64,000 nucleotides of DNA from Octopus sinensis (GCF_006345805.1 NC_043025.1:9548001-9612000); one strand, 5' to 3'. Shown: positions 49,131 to 61,507, counted from the first letter of the stretch. The notes: generated by a model not told the origin, from the sequence alone. A program made the numbers and translations.

Positions 49131-49967
49131 CACACAGTGGGCTTCTTTTTAATTTAGAGTAGATTTTGACCAGCTACCTGAATGGTAGTAAATTTGTAAA
49201 GAAATGGATCTTGCTTTGTTCATCGTTCCTCATCAGGACTGTTATCTGATGACAATTAAAGATTAAATGTGTTTTATACACCCACACACAGACACACACA
49301 CACACATGCGGACATACACTGGAAACTTTCCTGAGAATATCTTCCTCGTGAATCCTGAAATACCATTATACGGTGTACATAAAAGTATTTTGAATCAATA
49401 AAAATTATTCCACAATAGAAAAAGGGTAAAAAAAGAAGAAAAGTCATCAAAAGAAATGAGAATTTGTGATAAAATGGGGCAAGGGGAATAACTCTGAATT
49501 TTAAATTGATAAAAAATCAAGGAAAATTTTAGGAATAATACCTATAGATGCAGACATGGCTGTGTAGTTAAGAAGCTTGTTTCCCAATTATATGGCCTTA
49601 AGTTCAGTCTCACAGTGTGGCACCTTGGGCAAGTATCTTTTGTTATAGCACATTACCTACCAGAGCTTTATGAGTAGATTTGGAAGAGAGAAACTGAAAG
49701 AAGCCCATCGTATATATGCATACATCTAGATGTGGATTTGTGTTTGTCCCCCCTCTGCATCCACTGTTTGATAACCAATGTTGGTTTGTTTACATTCTCC
49801 GATCTTACTGGTTCAGCACACAAAGCTGATAGAATAAGTACCAGCTTTAAAAAAAAAAAATTTGTTACTGGGGGTTGATTTGTTCGGCTAAAACCCTTCA
49901 AAGTGGTGCCCCAGCATGGCCACAGTCTAATGACTGAAACAAGAAAAGATAAAAGAAAAACAAGCTA

Positions 49968-50062
49968 TATATAAATATATATATATATGGTATATATATG
50001 TATAATGTATGTATGTATATATATATGTATATGTATGTATGTATATATAATATGTATGTATG

Positions 50063-50125
<63 letters not shown>

Positions 50126-50416
50126 ATATATATATATATTGTATGTATATATATATATATATATGTATGTATATATATATATGTATGTAATATATATATA
50201 TGTATGTATGTAATATATATATGTATGTATGTATATATATATATGTATGTATGTATATATATATGTATATGTATAATATGTATGTATGTTGTATGTATAT
50301 ATATATATATATGTATATATATGTATGTATATATGTATGTATATATATATATAATTATATATATGTATGTATGTATATATATATATATATGTTATATATA
50401 TATTATGTAATGTATG

Positions 50417-50452
<36 letters not shown>

Positions 50453-51019
50453 ATATATTATATATATGTATATATTATATATATATTATATATATATATA
50501 TATATGTATATAATATATAATATATATGTATAATTATATATATATATGTATGTAATGTATATAATATATGTATGTATTATATATATATATATGTATATAT
50601 ATATGTATGTATGATATATATGGATATGTATATAATATATGTATGTATGTATATATATGTATATGTATATATATAGATGTAGTATGTATATATAATGTAT
50701 ATGTATATATATATATGTATGTATGTATATATATTATAATGTATATATATATATGTATGTATGTATGTATATATATTGTATATGTATATATATAATGTAT
50801 GGTATGGTATGTATGTATAATATATGTATGTATGTATGTGTATGTATATTATATATATGTATGTATGTATGTGTATATATATATATATGTATATATATAT
50901 ATTATGTATATATATATATGTATGTATGTATAATTATATGTATGTATGGTATGTATATATAATATATTATATATATGTATGTATATATATATTGTATATG
51001 TATGTATATGTATGTATGT

Positions 51020-51053
<34 letters not shown>

Positions 51054-51103
51054 GTATGTATGTATATATATATATGTATGTATATGTATGTATGTATGTA
51101 TGT

Positions 51104-51137
<34 letters not shown>

Positions 51138-51209
51138 GTATGTATGTATATATATATATATGTATGTATATATATATATATGTATGTATATATATATATA
51201 TGTATGTAT

Positions 51210-51259
<50 letters not shown>

Positions 51260-51324
51260 ATATATATATGTATGTATGTATGTATATATATATATGTATG
51301 TATGTATGTATATATATATGTATG

Positions 51325-51421
<97 letters not shown>

Positions 51422-51485
51422 ATATATATGTATGTATGTATGTATATATGTATGTATATATATATGTATGTGTATATATATATAC
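49968..51485. repeat. Interrupted (TA)n/(TATG)n tract, ~1.5 kb
   Basis: Direct reading. Confidence 0.95.
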
Positions 51486-51492
51486 TCCCTAA

Positions 51493-51493
<1 letters not shown>

Positions 51494-51529
<36 letters not shown>

Positions 51530-52277
51530 GAATGAGAGAGCAGTGCATGCCATCAAAGTGACACTGGGGTAAAATATACGAAGCCCAATATACCCATCAT
51601 GACTACCCGTCTGATAAGGGTACACCAGGCACATGTAACACAACCACATGTGCACGACATGGTGATCTCATATCAAGATAAACAGCACATGACCTTGCAG
51701 GTGGGGCCCAGTTAGAATTTTCTTCAGGTCGAGTAACCCATCCCACTCAAAAGGTCCCTGAATAAGGGTTGTTTAAGGATGTTGAAAGAACCACCCATGT
51801 TTCCAAAGGTGAATTATTCAAACCTCTAAGAATTCCTTTAATCACACGGCTATGATGCTCCCCCACTACTTCTGCTCGTGATCAGAGATGCACATATCGT
51901 CAGCCACTAAGGGACATGCTCAACTGGTTAAGGTCAAACAACTGACAAGCAAATCTGTGGTATTGAGCAGAATATTTGTTGTAGCCCATCTTTTATACCA
52001 AGACAAAACAATGTACATGATAACACTTCCAGTCAGTTAAGATCAGAAGCCATGAGAGCCACTGCCTGGTACTGCATCAGGGCATGGATCCCTGAATAAA
52101 GGTTGTTTAAGGATTTGAACGAACCACCTATGTTTCCAAAGGTTGAATATCCAAACCTCTAAGATTCCTTAATCACACGGCTATGATGCTGCCCCACTAC
52201 TTCTGCTCGTGATCGGAGATGCACATATCGTCAGCCACTAAGGGACATGCTCAACTGGTTAAGGTCAAACAACTGCA
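51494..52277 (-). mobile_element. ~560-bp (AAT)n-tailed retroelement plus a partial second copy
   Basis: Reverse complement of the units at 54179-55283. Confidence 0.8.
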
Positions 52278-52280
52278 TTA

Positions 52281-52311
<31 letters not shown>

Positions 52312-52328
52312 TATATATAATATATATA

Positions 52329-52607
52329 AGTATACTAAGCAATAAGGGTTTAGCAACGAATGCCTTACCACATACCGAATTTAGAAATAGCAGTCAAAGG
52401 GTTATAGAGCTATTTCTTCTACTAAAAAGGGAGATCTCAGTAAAAACAGCAATTGGAAGGCTGACACAAACAGGTAAGAGAGAATGCTGTTTTTACTGAG
52501 ATCTCCCTTTTTAGTAGAAGAAATAGCTATAACCCTTTGACTGCTATTTCTAAATTCGGTAGTGGTAAGGCAATTCGTTGCTAAACCCTTTATTGCTTAG
52601 TATTACT
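52329..52607. repeat. 279-bp foldback, same family as 22882-23065, conserved tail to ~52700
   Basis: Arms of ~120 bp with few mismatches. Confidence 0.9.
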
Positions 52608-52719
52608 TAAATTTTCCTCGAATGAGGCTTTTACATGCCGAAGACTACTTGGTGTAATTGATAATTTTTCCAAATTAATTAATTTCACCCTTCATTATTA
52701 CGGATTATAATATATATAT

Positions 52720-52753
<34 letters not shown>

Positions 52754-53760
52754 CACACATACAGACATATATACATACATGCAATATTCACATGTGTATA
52801 ATTATGTATGTGTATATATGCATACATATTTTATTTTTATTTATTTTTTTATTTTTATCTAGTTCAGCTCACAAGCTGTGGCCATGCTGGGGCACCACCA
52901 CATATATATATATATATATATATAATATATATATATATTTATGGAAAACTCAAGAGTTATAGAATATATACCATGCCTTACAAACTAAGTGCTGGATTTG
53001 ATTTGTTTGACTAAGAGCCCCTTAAAGGGCTTTTAGCCAAGACACTTGCCCCAGCATGGCCACAGTCCAATGAATGAAAGAAATAAAGTATAAAATATCG
53101 AAGACTCGCAGTTGGAGAACTGAATTTGATCTTTGGTAGTTCTTTTGCTGTGAATCTGAGAGTAGTGCTCCAGAATGGCCGCAGATCACTAGCTGGAAGT
53201 AATAAATGATTTTTAAGAATAAAAAAAAAAAAAAAAAAATTAGTGATGATAAAAGAACGTACTACACAAATGAAGTTAATAGTGTGATAATTTTTATAAT
53301 CATATTAAATCATATTAAATCGTATTAAATTGTACGGTTTCCATCTTCCATTAATTAATCCATTCCTAAAATAGTTAGTCCTACTTGTTTTGAAAAACAA
53401 TGTTTTTTATCAAATTGCTTTTAATAAAATTTCCTAATGAGTTTATGCTGGCTAATTAGTTTTTTTTCTCTTTGGTTAATTTTCTTGAAAAAAAAAAAAA
53501 AAAAAATTTTATAAATTGTCTTTTCGGTTTTTTTATCTCTTTTTAAAAAAATTTTTTTTTGTCTTCTGTATTGTCTTTTTTTTTTTACTTTCGTTATTTC
53601 GGTATTAGTTATCTGGTTTTTTTTTTTATTAGCTGTTATTTTTGTTGTTGTAGTTGTTGTTGTTGTTGTTATTGGTGGTAATGATTGCATAGCAGCTGTC
53701 GTACTCATTGCGTTCTTGTAGGTCTGCCCTGATAAAGGAAAGTCTTATTGTGGCTGCCGT

Positions 53761-53859
53761 TCAGAGATCTGAGATTTCCAAAGTCTCGATTTGGACAATT
53801 CCACGTTTTGCTTCAGCACGATATTTTGCGAGATCTTTCCGAGTGACTATTCCCGTAAC
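53761..53859 (-). CDS. CLCN7: ClC-7-like H+/Cl- exchanger, terminal coding exon
   Basis: ttattttgccag|VTGIVTRKDLAKYRAEAKRGIVQIETLEISDL*; matches the ClC-7 CBS2 end VVGLVTRKDLARYR (recalled human sequence); phase 0. Confidence 0.92.
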   Translation of the reverse strand, partial: VTGIVTRKDLAKYRAEAKRGIVQIETLEISDL

Positions 53860-53874
53860 CTGGCAAAATAACAG

Positions 53875-54038
53875 AAATAATAATAATAATAATGATAATG
53901 ATAATAATAATGATAATGATAATGATGATAATGATAATAATGATAATGATAATAATAATAAAAATGATAATGATTATAATAATAATAATAATGATAATAA
54001 TAATAATAATGATAATAATAATAATGATAATGATGATA

Positions 54039-54087
<49 letters not shown>

Positions 54088-54178
54088 CAATAATAATTAA
54101 TAATAATAATAATAACAATAATAATAATAATTAATAATAATGATAATAATAATAATAATAATAATAATTAATAATAAT
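53875..54178. repeat. (AAT)n/(GAT)n microsatellite next to the last splice acceptor
   Basis: Direct reading. Confidence 0.95.
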
Positions 54179-55283
54179 AGCTCTTGTGGCTTCTGATCTT
54201 AACTGATTGGAAATGTTATCATGTACATTTTCTTGTCTTGGTATAAAAGATGGGCTACAGCAAATATTCTGCTCAATACCACAGATTTGCTTGTCAGTTG
54301 TTTGACCTTAACCAGTTGAGCATGTCCCTTAGTGGCTGACGATATGTGCATCTCTGATCATGAGCAGAAGTAGTAGGGGAGCATCATAGCCATGTGTTGA
54401 GAGGGATTCTTTGGGGTTTGAATAATTCACCTCTGGAAACATGGGTGGTTCTTTCAACATCCTTAAACAACCCTTATTCAGGGACCTTTTGAGCGGGATG
54501 GGCTACTCAACCTGAAGAAAATTCTAACTGGGCCCCACCAGCAAGGTCATGTGCTCTTTATCTTGATATGAGATCACCATGTTGTGCACATGTGGTTGTG
54601 TTACATGTGCCTGGTGTACCCTTATCAGACGGGTAGTCATGATGGGTATATTGGGCTTCGTATATTTTACCCCAGTGTCACTTTGATGGCATGCACTGCT
54701 CTCCCACTCAATGATAATAATAATAATAATAATAAAAAATGTCCTGATGCAGTACCAGGCAGAGGCTCTCATGGATTCTGATCTTGAGTGATTAGAAGTG
54801 TTATCATGTACATTGTTTCGTCTTGGTATAAAAGATGGGCTACAGCAAATATTCTGCTCAATACCACAGATTTGCTTGTCAGTTGTTTGACCTTAATCAG
54901 TTGAGCATGAACAGAAGTAGTGGGGGCACATCATAGCCATGTGTTGAGAGGAATTCTATGGAGTTTGAATAATTCACCTCTGGAAACATGGGTGTTTTGT
55001 TCAACACCCTTAAACAAACCTTACTCAGGACCCCTTTGAGCAGGATGGGCTACTCAACCTGAAGAAAATTCTAACTGGGCCCTACCAGTAAGGTCATGCA
55101 CTATTTATCTTGATATGAGGTCACCATGTCACACACATATTGTTGTGATGCATGTACTTAGTGTACCCTTATCAGACGGGTAGTCATGATGGTTATACCG
55201 GGCTTTGTATATTTTACCCCAGTGTCACTTTGATGGCATGCACTGCTCTCTCACTCAATAATAATAATAATAATAATAATAAT
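54179..55283 (+). mobile_element. Two tandem ~560-bp (AAT)n-tailed elements in the last CLCN7 intron
   Basis: Copies at 54179-54733 and 54739-55283, each ending gatggcatgcactgctctc...caataataat. Confidence 0.8.
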
Positions 55284-55298
55284 GAAAACTATACTTAC

Positions 55299-55379
55299 GT
55301 CATTCTTATCATTGACTATGATCAAATGGCGAAGACCAAGACCTCGGAAGAGACGAAACAATCTTGGAAGGGAACAAGA
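55299..55379 (-). CDS. CLCN7: ClC-7-like penultimate exon (81 bp, phase 0-0)
   Basis: ttctccttgcag|[27 protein letters not shown]|gtaagt; cf. human [27 protein letters not shown] (recalled). Confidence 0.95.
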
Positions 55380-55431
55380 CTGCAAGGAGAATAATAACAC
55401 AATGTATAGAATACTTTAAAGCAACATCCGA

Positions 55432-56152
55432 TCCCCGTGCCGATGGCATGTAAAAAGCACCATCCGATCATGGCCGTTTACCAGCCCTGTCTGGCACTTG
55501 TGCTGGTGGCACGTAAAAAGCACCCACTACACCCGTGCTGGTGGCATGTAAAAAGCACCATCCGATCGTGGCCGTTTGCCAGTCTCATCTGGCACCTGTG
55601 CTGGTGGCACGTAAAAAGCACCCACTACACCTGTGCGGGTGGCATGTAAAAAGCACCATCCGATCGTGGCCGTTTGCCAGTCTCGTCTGGCACCTGTGCC
55701 GGTGGCACGTAAAAAGCACCCACTACACCTGTGCGGGTGGCATGTAAAAAGCACCATCCGATCGTGGCCGTTTGCCAGTCTCGTCTGGCACATAAAAAGC
55801 ACCCACTACACCTGTGCGGGTGGCACGTAAAAAGCACCATCTGATTGTGGCCGTTTGCTATCCCCGCCTGGCACGTAAAAAGTACCCACAACACCCGTGC
55901 CAGTGGCACGTAAAAAGCACCATCTGATCGTGGCCGTTTGCCAGCCCCGTCTGGCACCTGTGCCGGTGGCATGTAAAAAGCACCCACTACACTCACGGAG
56001 TGGTTGGCGTTTGGAAGGGCATCCAGCCATAGAAACACTGCCAGATCAGACGGGGCCTGGTGCAGCCTTCTGGCTTCCCAGACCCCAGTCGAACCGTCCA
56101 ACCCATGCCACCAGGGAAAGCGGATGCTAAACAATGATGATGATGATGATGA
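55432..56152 (+). mobile_element. RTE 3' UTR with expanded internal repeats
   Basis: About 5-6 aaaaagcaccatccgatcgtggccgttt units; (GAT)n tail. Confidence 0.8.
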
Positions 56153-56461
56153 TGTGTGTGTGTGTGTGAATGTGATGCTAAATAAACAGACAGGTCACCT
56201 GTTTCTCTGCAATTGGTCAAGGGATGACACTCTTGAAGAGACCCAAACCTCCACCAATGTCACTTGACATCCATCTTCTCTGCCAGCAGGGGTTACACAG
56301 TTTGACAGGAATCCGGTGGGTACAAAGACTGCATTCTGCTCCAGTCTTTACTTTGGCATGGTTTCCACAGCCGGATGCCCTTCCTAACTACATTCACTTC
56401 ACAGTGGCACAAGCACTAGTGAGGATGCAGGGCAGTGAGCAAGACCTACTGGATTGTTGGA

Positions 56462-56838
56462 AGCACTCCGTCGGTTACGACGACGAGGGTTCCGGTTGAT
56501 CCGAATCAACGGAACAGCCTGCTCGTGAAATTAACGTGTAAGTGGCTGAGCACTCCACAGACATGTGTACCCTTAACGTAGTTCTCGGGGATATTCAGTG
56601 TGACACAGAGAGTGACAAGGCCGGCCCTTTGAAATACAGGTACAACAGAAACAGGAAGTAAGAGTGAGAGAAAGTTGTGGTGAAAGAGTACAGCATGGGA
56701 TCACCACCATCCCCTCCCCTGCCGAGCCTCGTGGAGCTTTAGGTGTTTTCCGCTCAATACACTCACAACTGAGAAACGAAACCGCGATCCTATGACCGCG
56801 AGTCCGCTGCCCTAACCACTGGGCCATTGCGCCTCCAC
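56462..56838 (-). mobile_element. SINE family C
   Basis: Reverse complement of 26636-27020. Confidence 0.8.
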
Positions 56839-57209
56839 TCAGTGAGCAAGACCATAAAGCATGTGGCTAGGAGGGGAGGTGAGGTGAGCAGCTTTTGCCA
56901 AGAGATGAGAGCTTAAAGTAAGAGAAGTGGATGGGAGGGCAAGCAAGTTCTTGCACAGGAACAACATGGTTACTCTGGTACTTAATTTATCGACCCCGAA
57001 AGGATGAAAAGCAAAGTCAACCTCGGTGGAATTTGAACTCAGAATGTAAAGACAGATGTAATACTGCAAAGCAATTTTTTTTCCTACTCGAGGCACAAAG
57101 CTCAAAAAATTTTTGGGGAGGTTGGGGCCAGTCGATTAGATCAACACCAGTATGCAACTGGTTCTTAATTTATCAACCCCAAAAGGATGAAAGGCAAAGT
57201 CAACATTGG

Positions 57210-57309
57210 NNNNNNNNNNNNNNNNNNNNNNNNNNNNNNNNNNNNNNNNNNNNNNNNNNNNNNNNNNNNNNNNNNNNNNNNNNNNNNNNNNNNNNNNNNN
57301 NNNNNNNNN
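57210..57309. other. Assembly gap (100 N)
   Basis: Run of exactly 100 N. Confidence 0.99.
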
Positions 57310-57396
57310 CGTGATTATAACGGTGATGAGGATGATGGTGACTACGATGATGGCGGTGATGATGATGAGGAGGAGGAGGAAGATGACCACACATAC

Positions 57397-57482
57397 CGAT
57401 ATCTTATACTGTGCACTGTAGAAATCCGGAATTTGGCACTTCGTAAACATCTTGGCTGTACTGCTCCATCTGGTGCAAATAT
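57397..57482 (-). CDS. CLCN7: ClC-7-like exon (86 bp, phase 0-2), CBS1-CBS2 linker
   Basis: ttctctcgtttccag|IFAPDGAVQPRCLRSAKFRISTVHSIRY(R)|gtatgt; in frame after ...LLNFR. Confidence 0.78.
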
Positions 57483-58309
57483 CTGGAAACGAGAGAATAC
57501 AAAATAGAAATATACAATTACTAATTAATTAATAATCAATCAAACAACCAATAAGATAATTAACGAAGAAGCTGCAATATAACAATTTTAAGAGCAAATC
57601 TTGCTGTCTCAGTTTATCATTAGCTTACATATATATATATATCACCTTCGAAATGCAGAGTAGATGAAACCATGGCGACTGAAGAAGGGGAATTTTCCTT
57701 GTGTTATTTGTCCTGTACTCTATTTTTTCGTTGTTTAAGAAAAATGTCCAGTTCCTTGGTTTTGTGTTTATGTTTTCATTTCTCATTGTGTTCGACGTTT
57801 TTTTGGTGTCCTGTACCCATATATGCATGTATATATACATGTAGAGGTAGGTACGTACCTATATGTATGTATATATGCATATGTTTTATTTATTAATTTA
57901 TTATATATATATATATACATATATACATTTATTCTGCCTCCTACTAACATAGACTTCTTCAGATAGCATGAAACTGTAACATTATCATTGACTTCTTAGT
58001 CATGATTAGCATAAGTGAAACCAGTCGACTATTTAAATATATTATTTCATTAAAATATATATATATAATAATTTTTTACATAAAAATTTCTGTGCATTTT
58101 GTTTCTTTTTATATTTTTCACTAGAATTTCCCACATCATCATCATTTAACATCTGTTTTCCCAGCTGGCATGGGTTGGACGGTTCGACTGGGGTCTGAGA
58201 AACCAGGAGGCTGCACCAGGCCTCAATCTGATCTGGCAGTGTTTCTACAGCTTGATGCCCTTCCTAATGCCAACCACTCCGAGAGTGTAGTGAGAGATTT
58301 TTACATGCC

Positions 58310-58790
58310 AACATCACCTTGTTAACACACTTATAGAGCGATCTTACAAATATAAACACCGGCAGAAACATACCTTTAACTCATATAAGTGATTTCGCCA
58401 GTCTTTATAGTTTGAACATTTAGTTCACCTTGCACTTTACTTCAATAGAGAAATCTACTGCCAAGCCTTTGAACATTTTTTCAACCAACGTATCCCCCTT
58501 TATTTGTTCTCTACTTATTATTTCTTTAACCCTTCTCTTCCTAGTATCTGCCTTTGATGTCGAATCTACTAACGGTTTTTTAAAATACTTAATAACGTTC
58601 TGTTTATCATTTATGCAGTCATCGTAATTGTTATAATGTCTTGTTGTTGAGAGAGGGTCTCTTTCTTTCCTGATGAGAAGATTGCATTATTTTATACCGT
58701 TTATTCTTTTGGAATAAAACCAATGTTGTCTTCGAAACATATGTCGAAAGTAAAAGAATTTTATTAACATCTTCGTTCAACTCCATTTAT
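58310..58790 (+). mobile_element. Decayed Penelope-like element remnant ending in a hammerhead
   Basis: LVNTLIERSYKY and NIFSTNVSPFI loosely resemble the PLE post-RT region; the hammerhead is at its 3' end. Confidence 0.4.
58658..58757 (+). ncRNA. Type I hammerhead ribozyme with complete canonical core
   Basis: CTTTC CTGATGA GAAGA...TCTTC GAAA CATATGT C GAAAG; GUC triplet at 58743-58745. Confidence 0.85.
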
Positions 58791-58815
58791 TTACTTATAT
58801 ATATGTATATATATG

Positions 58816-58864
<49 letters not shown>

Positions 58865-58904
58865 ATCATCATCATCATTTAGCATCAATTGTTCATATGG
58901 CATT

Positions 58905-59063
58905 GGGTGCAGGAGTGACTGTAAGTAGCTTGCTTACCAATTACATAATTCTGGGTTCAGTCCCACCGCGTGGCACCTTGGGCAAGTGTCTTCTACTATC
59001 ACCTCGGGCCGGCCAAAGCCTTGTGAGTGGATTTGGTAGACGGAAACTGAAAGAAGCTCATCG

Positions 59064-59094
<31 letters not shown>

Positions 59095-59840
59095 TTGTCC
59101 TCCCACCATCACTTGACAACTGATGCTGGCGTGTCTACGTTCCTGTAACTTAGCTGTTTGGCATAAGAGACCAACTAATGGTGGTGCTCCAGCATGGCCA
59201 CAGTCAAATGACTGAAACAAGTCAAATAATAAAAGAATAAAGAATACCTATGTGTAATGTATGGAGTGGCTGTGTGGTAAGTAGCTTGCTAACCAACCAC
59301 ATGGTTCTGGGTTCAGTCCCACTGCATGGCACCTTGGGCAAGTGTCTTCTGCTATAGCCCCGGGCCGACTAATGCCTTGTGAGTGGATTGGTAGATGGAA
59401 ACTGAAAGAAGCCATCATATATATATATATATATATATAGGCGCAGGGTGGCTGTGTGTTAAGTAGCTTGCTAACCAACCACATGGTTCTGGGTTCAGTC
59501 CCACTGCATGGCACCTTGGGCAAGTGTCTTCTGCTATAGCCCCGGGCCGACTAATGCCTTGTAAGTGGATTTGGTAGACGGAAACTGAAAGAAGCCTGTT
59601 GTATATATGTATATATATATATATGTGTGTTTGTGTGTCTGTGTTTGTCCCCCTTGCATTGCTTGACAACCGATGCTGGTGTGTTTACTTCCCCGTTACT
59701 TAGCGGTTCGGCAAAAAGAGACCGATGGAATAAGTCCTGGGCTTACAAAAGAATAAGTCCCGGGGTCGAGTTGCTCGTTTAAAGGCGGTGCTCCAGCATG
59801 GCCGCAGTCACATGACTGAAACAAGTAAAAGAGAAAGAGA
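58905..59840 (+). mobile_element. Cluster of three SINE-A copies ending ~20 bp from a CLCN7 splice donor
   Basis: Heads at ~58905, ~59262 and ~59438; final tail at ~59840. Confidence 0.8.
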
Positions 59841-59863
59841 AAGAGAATCCGACATATACTCAC

Positions 59864-59938
59864 CCTAAAATTCAGGAGTACCATCAATTGAGACTTGAGA
59901 ATTAGTCCTTTTAGTTTACCATAAGTCTCCAGACTACC
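59864..59938 (-). CDS. CLCN7: ClC-7-like exon (75 bp, phase 0-0), end of CBS1
   Basis: ttgtttgcag|GSLETYGKLKGLILKSQLMVLLNFR|gtgagt; cf. human LQGLILRSQLIVLLKHK (recalled). Confidence 0.93.
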
Positions 59939-60249
59939 CTGCAAACAAACAAAAAAAAACAATATATCCATGTATGGAATCGATGTATAAACACCAACAA
60001 AATATTCTGTTGTGTCTGGGGAGAGTCATTATATTTTTGTGCCTTATAATTTAACACACTCACCGGTAAAATTTCCACTTATTTCTTATTTTTATTTTCC
60101 TAAAATTTTCCTTGCATTTTGCAACCTTTTCAATAGTCTTGACTCTCAACAAAATAGTTTCATACCAAATAAGTCCCCAGTTATTAACACATTGTTAAGC
60201 TCCAAAGAATGTATATATGTATGTATGTATATATATGTATATATGTATG

Positions 60250-60282
<33 letters not shown>

Positions 60283-60470
60283 GTCTCTCTTTGTTTTTTT
60301 CTCTCCTTGTTTTTTTTCTGTGTATCTTTCTGTTCAAGATCATAGGCTCGAAACATAAAAGAATTTTTCTATTTCTATTCTTGAGCACTATACTAATACA
60401 TTTGTTTGTTTGTTTGTACTCCACCTGCCTTCGTCTTTTGTTTAATATCGTAAACTTTCCCTTTCCCTCT
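60283..60470 (+). mobile_element. Second copy of the 3418-3560 element
   Basis: tcttt CTGTTCA AGATC atag GCTC GAAAC ATA AAAGA; more decayed. Confidence 0.5.
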
Positions 60471-61084
60471 CTTTCCGAGAGGCACTGAGCAGCTATACGC
60501 ACACATACACTACACACACGGCAGTAACTTCCACCTACCGAATTCAATCACAAAGCTCCGGTCGGCTCGGGGCTATAGCAGAAGACACCTACCCAAAGTG
60601 CCATATGTATATATGTATGTATATATGCATTTATATGTATATATGTATGTATGCATATATATATATGTATGCATGAATGTATATATGAATGTATGTAGGT
60701 AGGTAGTTAAGTTGGTAGGTAGGTGGGTATGTACGAATGTATATAGGTATGTATAATGCATGAATGTATATAAATATGTATGTAGTTAGGTATGTGTATA
60801 TGTAAGAATTAAGTATTTATGTAGGTAGGTAGATATGTATATATATATATAAGACCAAAAGGGTACGGGCGCTGCTATATATATATGTATATGTAAAAAA
60901 ATAATTTTGTATCGTCTTCTAAATGTTTTGCGTTCTTATCCCAGTTTGTATTTTTTTACATATACATATGTATATATATATATATATGTAGATAGGTAGG
61001 TATATATATGTAGGTTGGTAGGTAGGTAGGTATGTATGCATGAATGTATGTATGCATGTACGTATGTATGTAGGTAGGTAGGTA

Positions 61085-61303
61085 TACTCTTCACTCTTTA
61101 CTCTTTTACTTGTTTCAGTCATTTGACTGCGGCCATGCTGGAGCACCGCCTTTAGTCGAGCAAATCGACCCCGGGACTTATTCTTTGTAAGCCCAGTACT
61201 TATTCTATCGGTCTCTTTTTTGCCGAACCGCTAAGTAACGGGGACGTAAACACACCAGCATCGGTTGTCAAGCGATGCTAGGGGGACAAACACAGACACA
61301 CAA

Positions 61304-61334
<31 letters not shown>

Positions 61335-61507
61335 CATATATACGACAGGCTTCTTTCAGTTTCCGTCTACCAAATCCACTCACAAGGCATTGGTCGGCCC
61401 GGGGCTATAGCAGAAGACACTTGCCCAAGATGCCACGCAGTGGGACTGAACCCGGAACCATGTGGTTGGTTAGCAAGCTACTTACCACACAGCCACTCCT
61501 GCGCCTG
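61085..61507 (-). mobile_element. SINE family A, full length
   Basis: Matches family A. Confidence 0.85.

Noticed and set aside
49150-49255. Hammerhead (CTGATGA on both strands)
   Set aside because: No GAAA with consistent stems II and III on either strand.
45015-51655. Many long YI/YV/CI-rich ORFs
   Set aside because: Translations of (TA)n/(TATG)n tracts, which lack stop codons in several frames.
53625-53630. CLCN7 polyadenylation signal
   Set aside because: The AATAAA (minus strand) sits in an A-rich low-complexity run and cannot be distinguished from chance without 3' end data.
57650-57700. Hammerhead in family D (cgaaa...ctgaagaagggg)
   Set aside because: Order and spacing fit none of types I-III with a valid UH site.
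60062-60105. Strong minus-strand donor (accg|gtgagt) upstream of the CLCN7 exon at 59938
   Set aside because: The preceding sequence has stops or the wrong phase and no HNGFPVV-type CBS1 motif; the next exon probably lies beyond the window.
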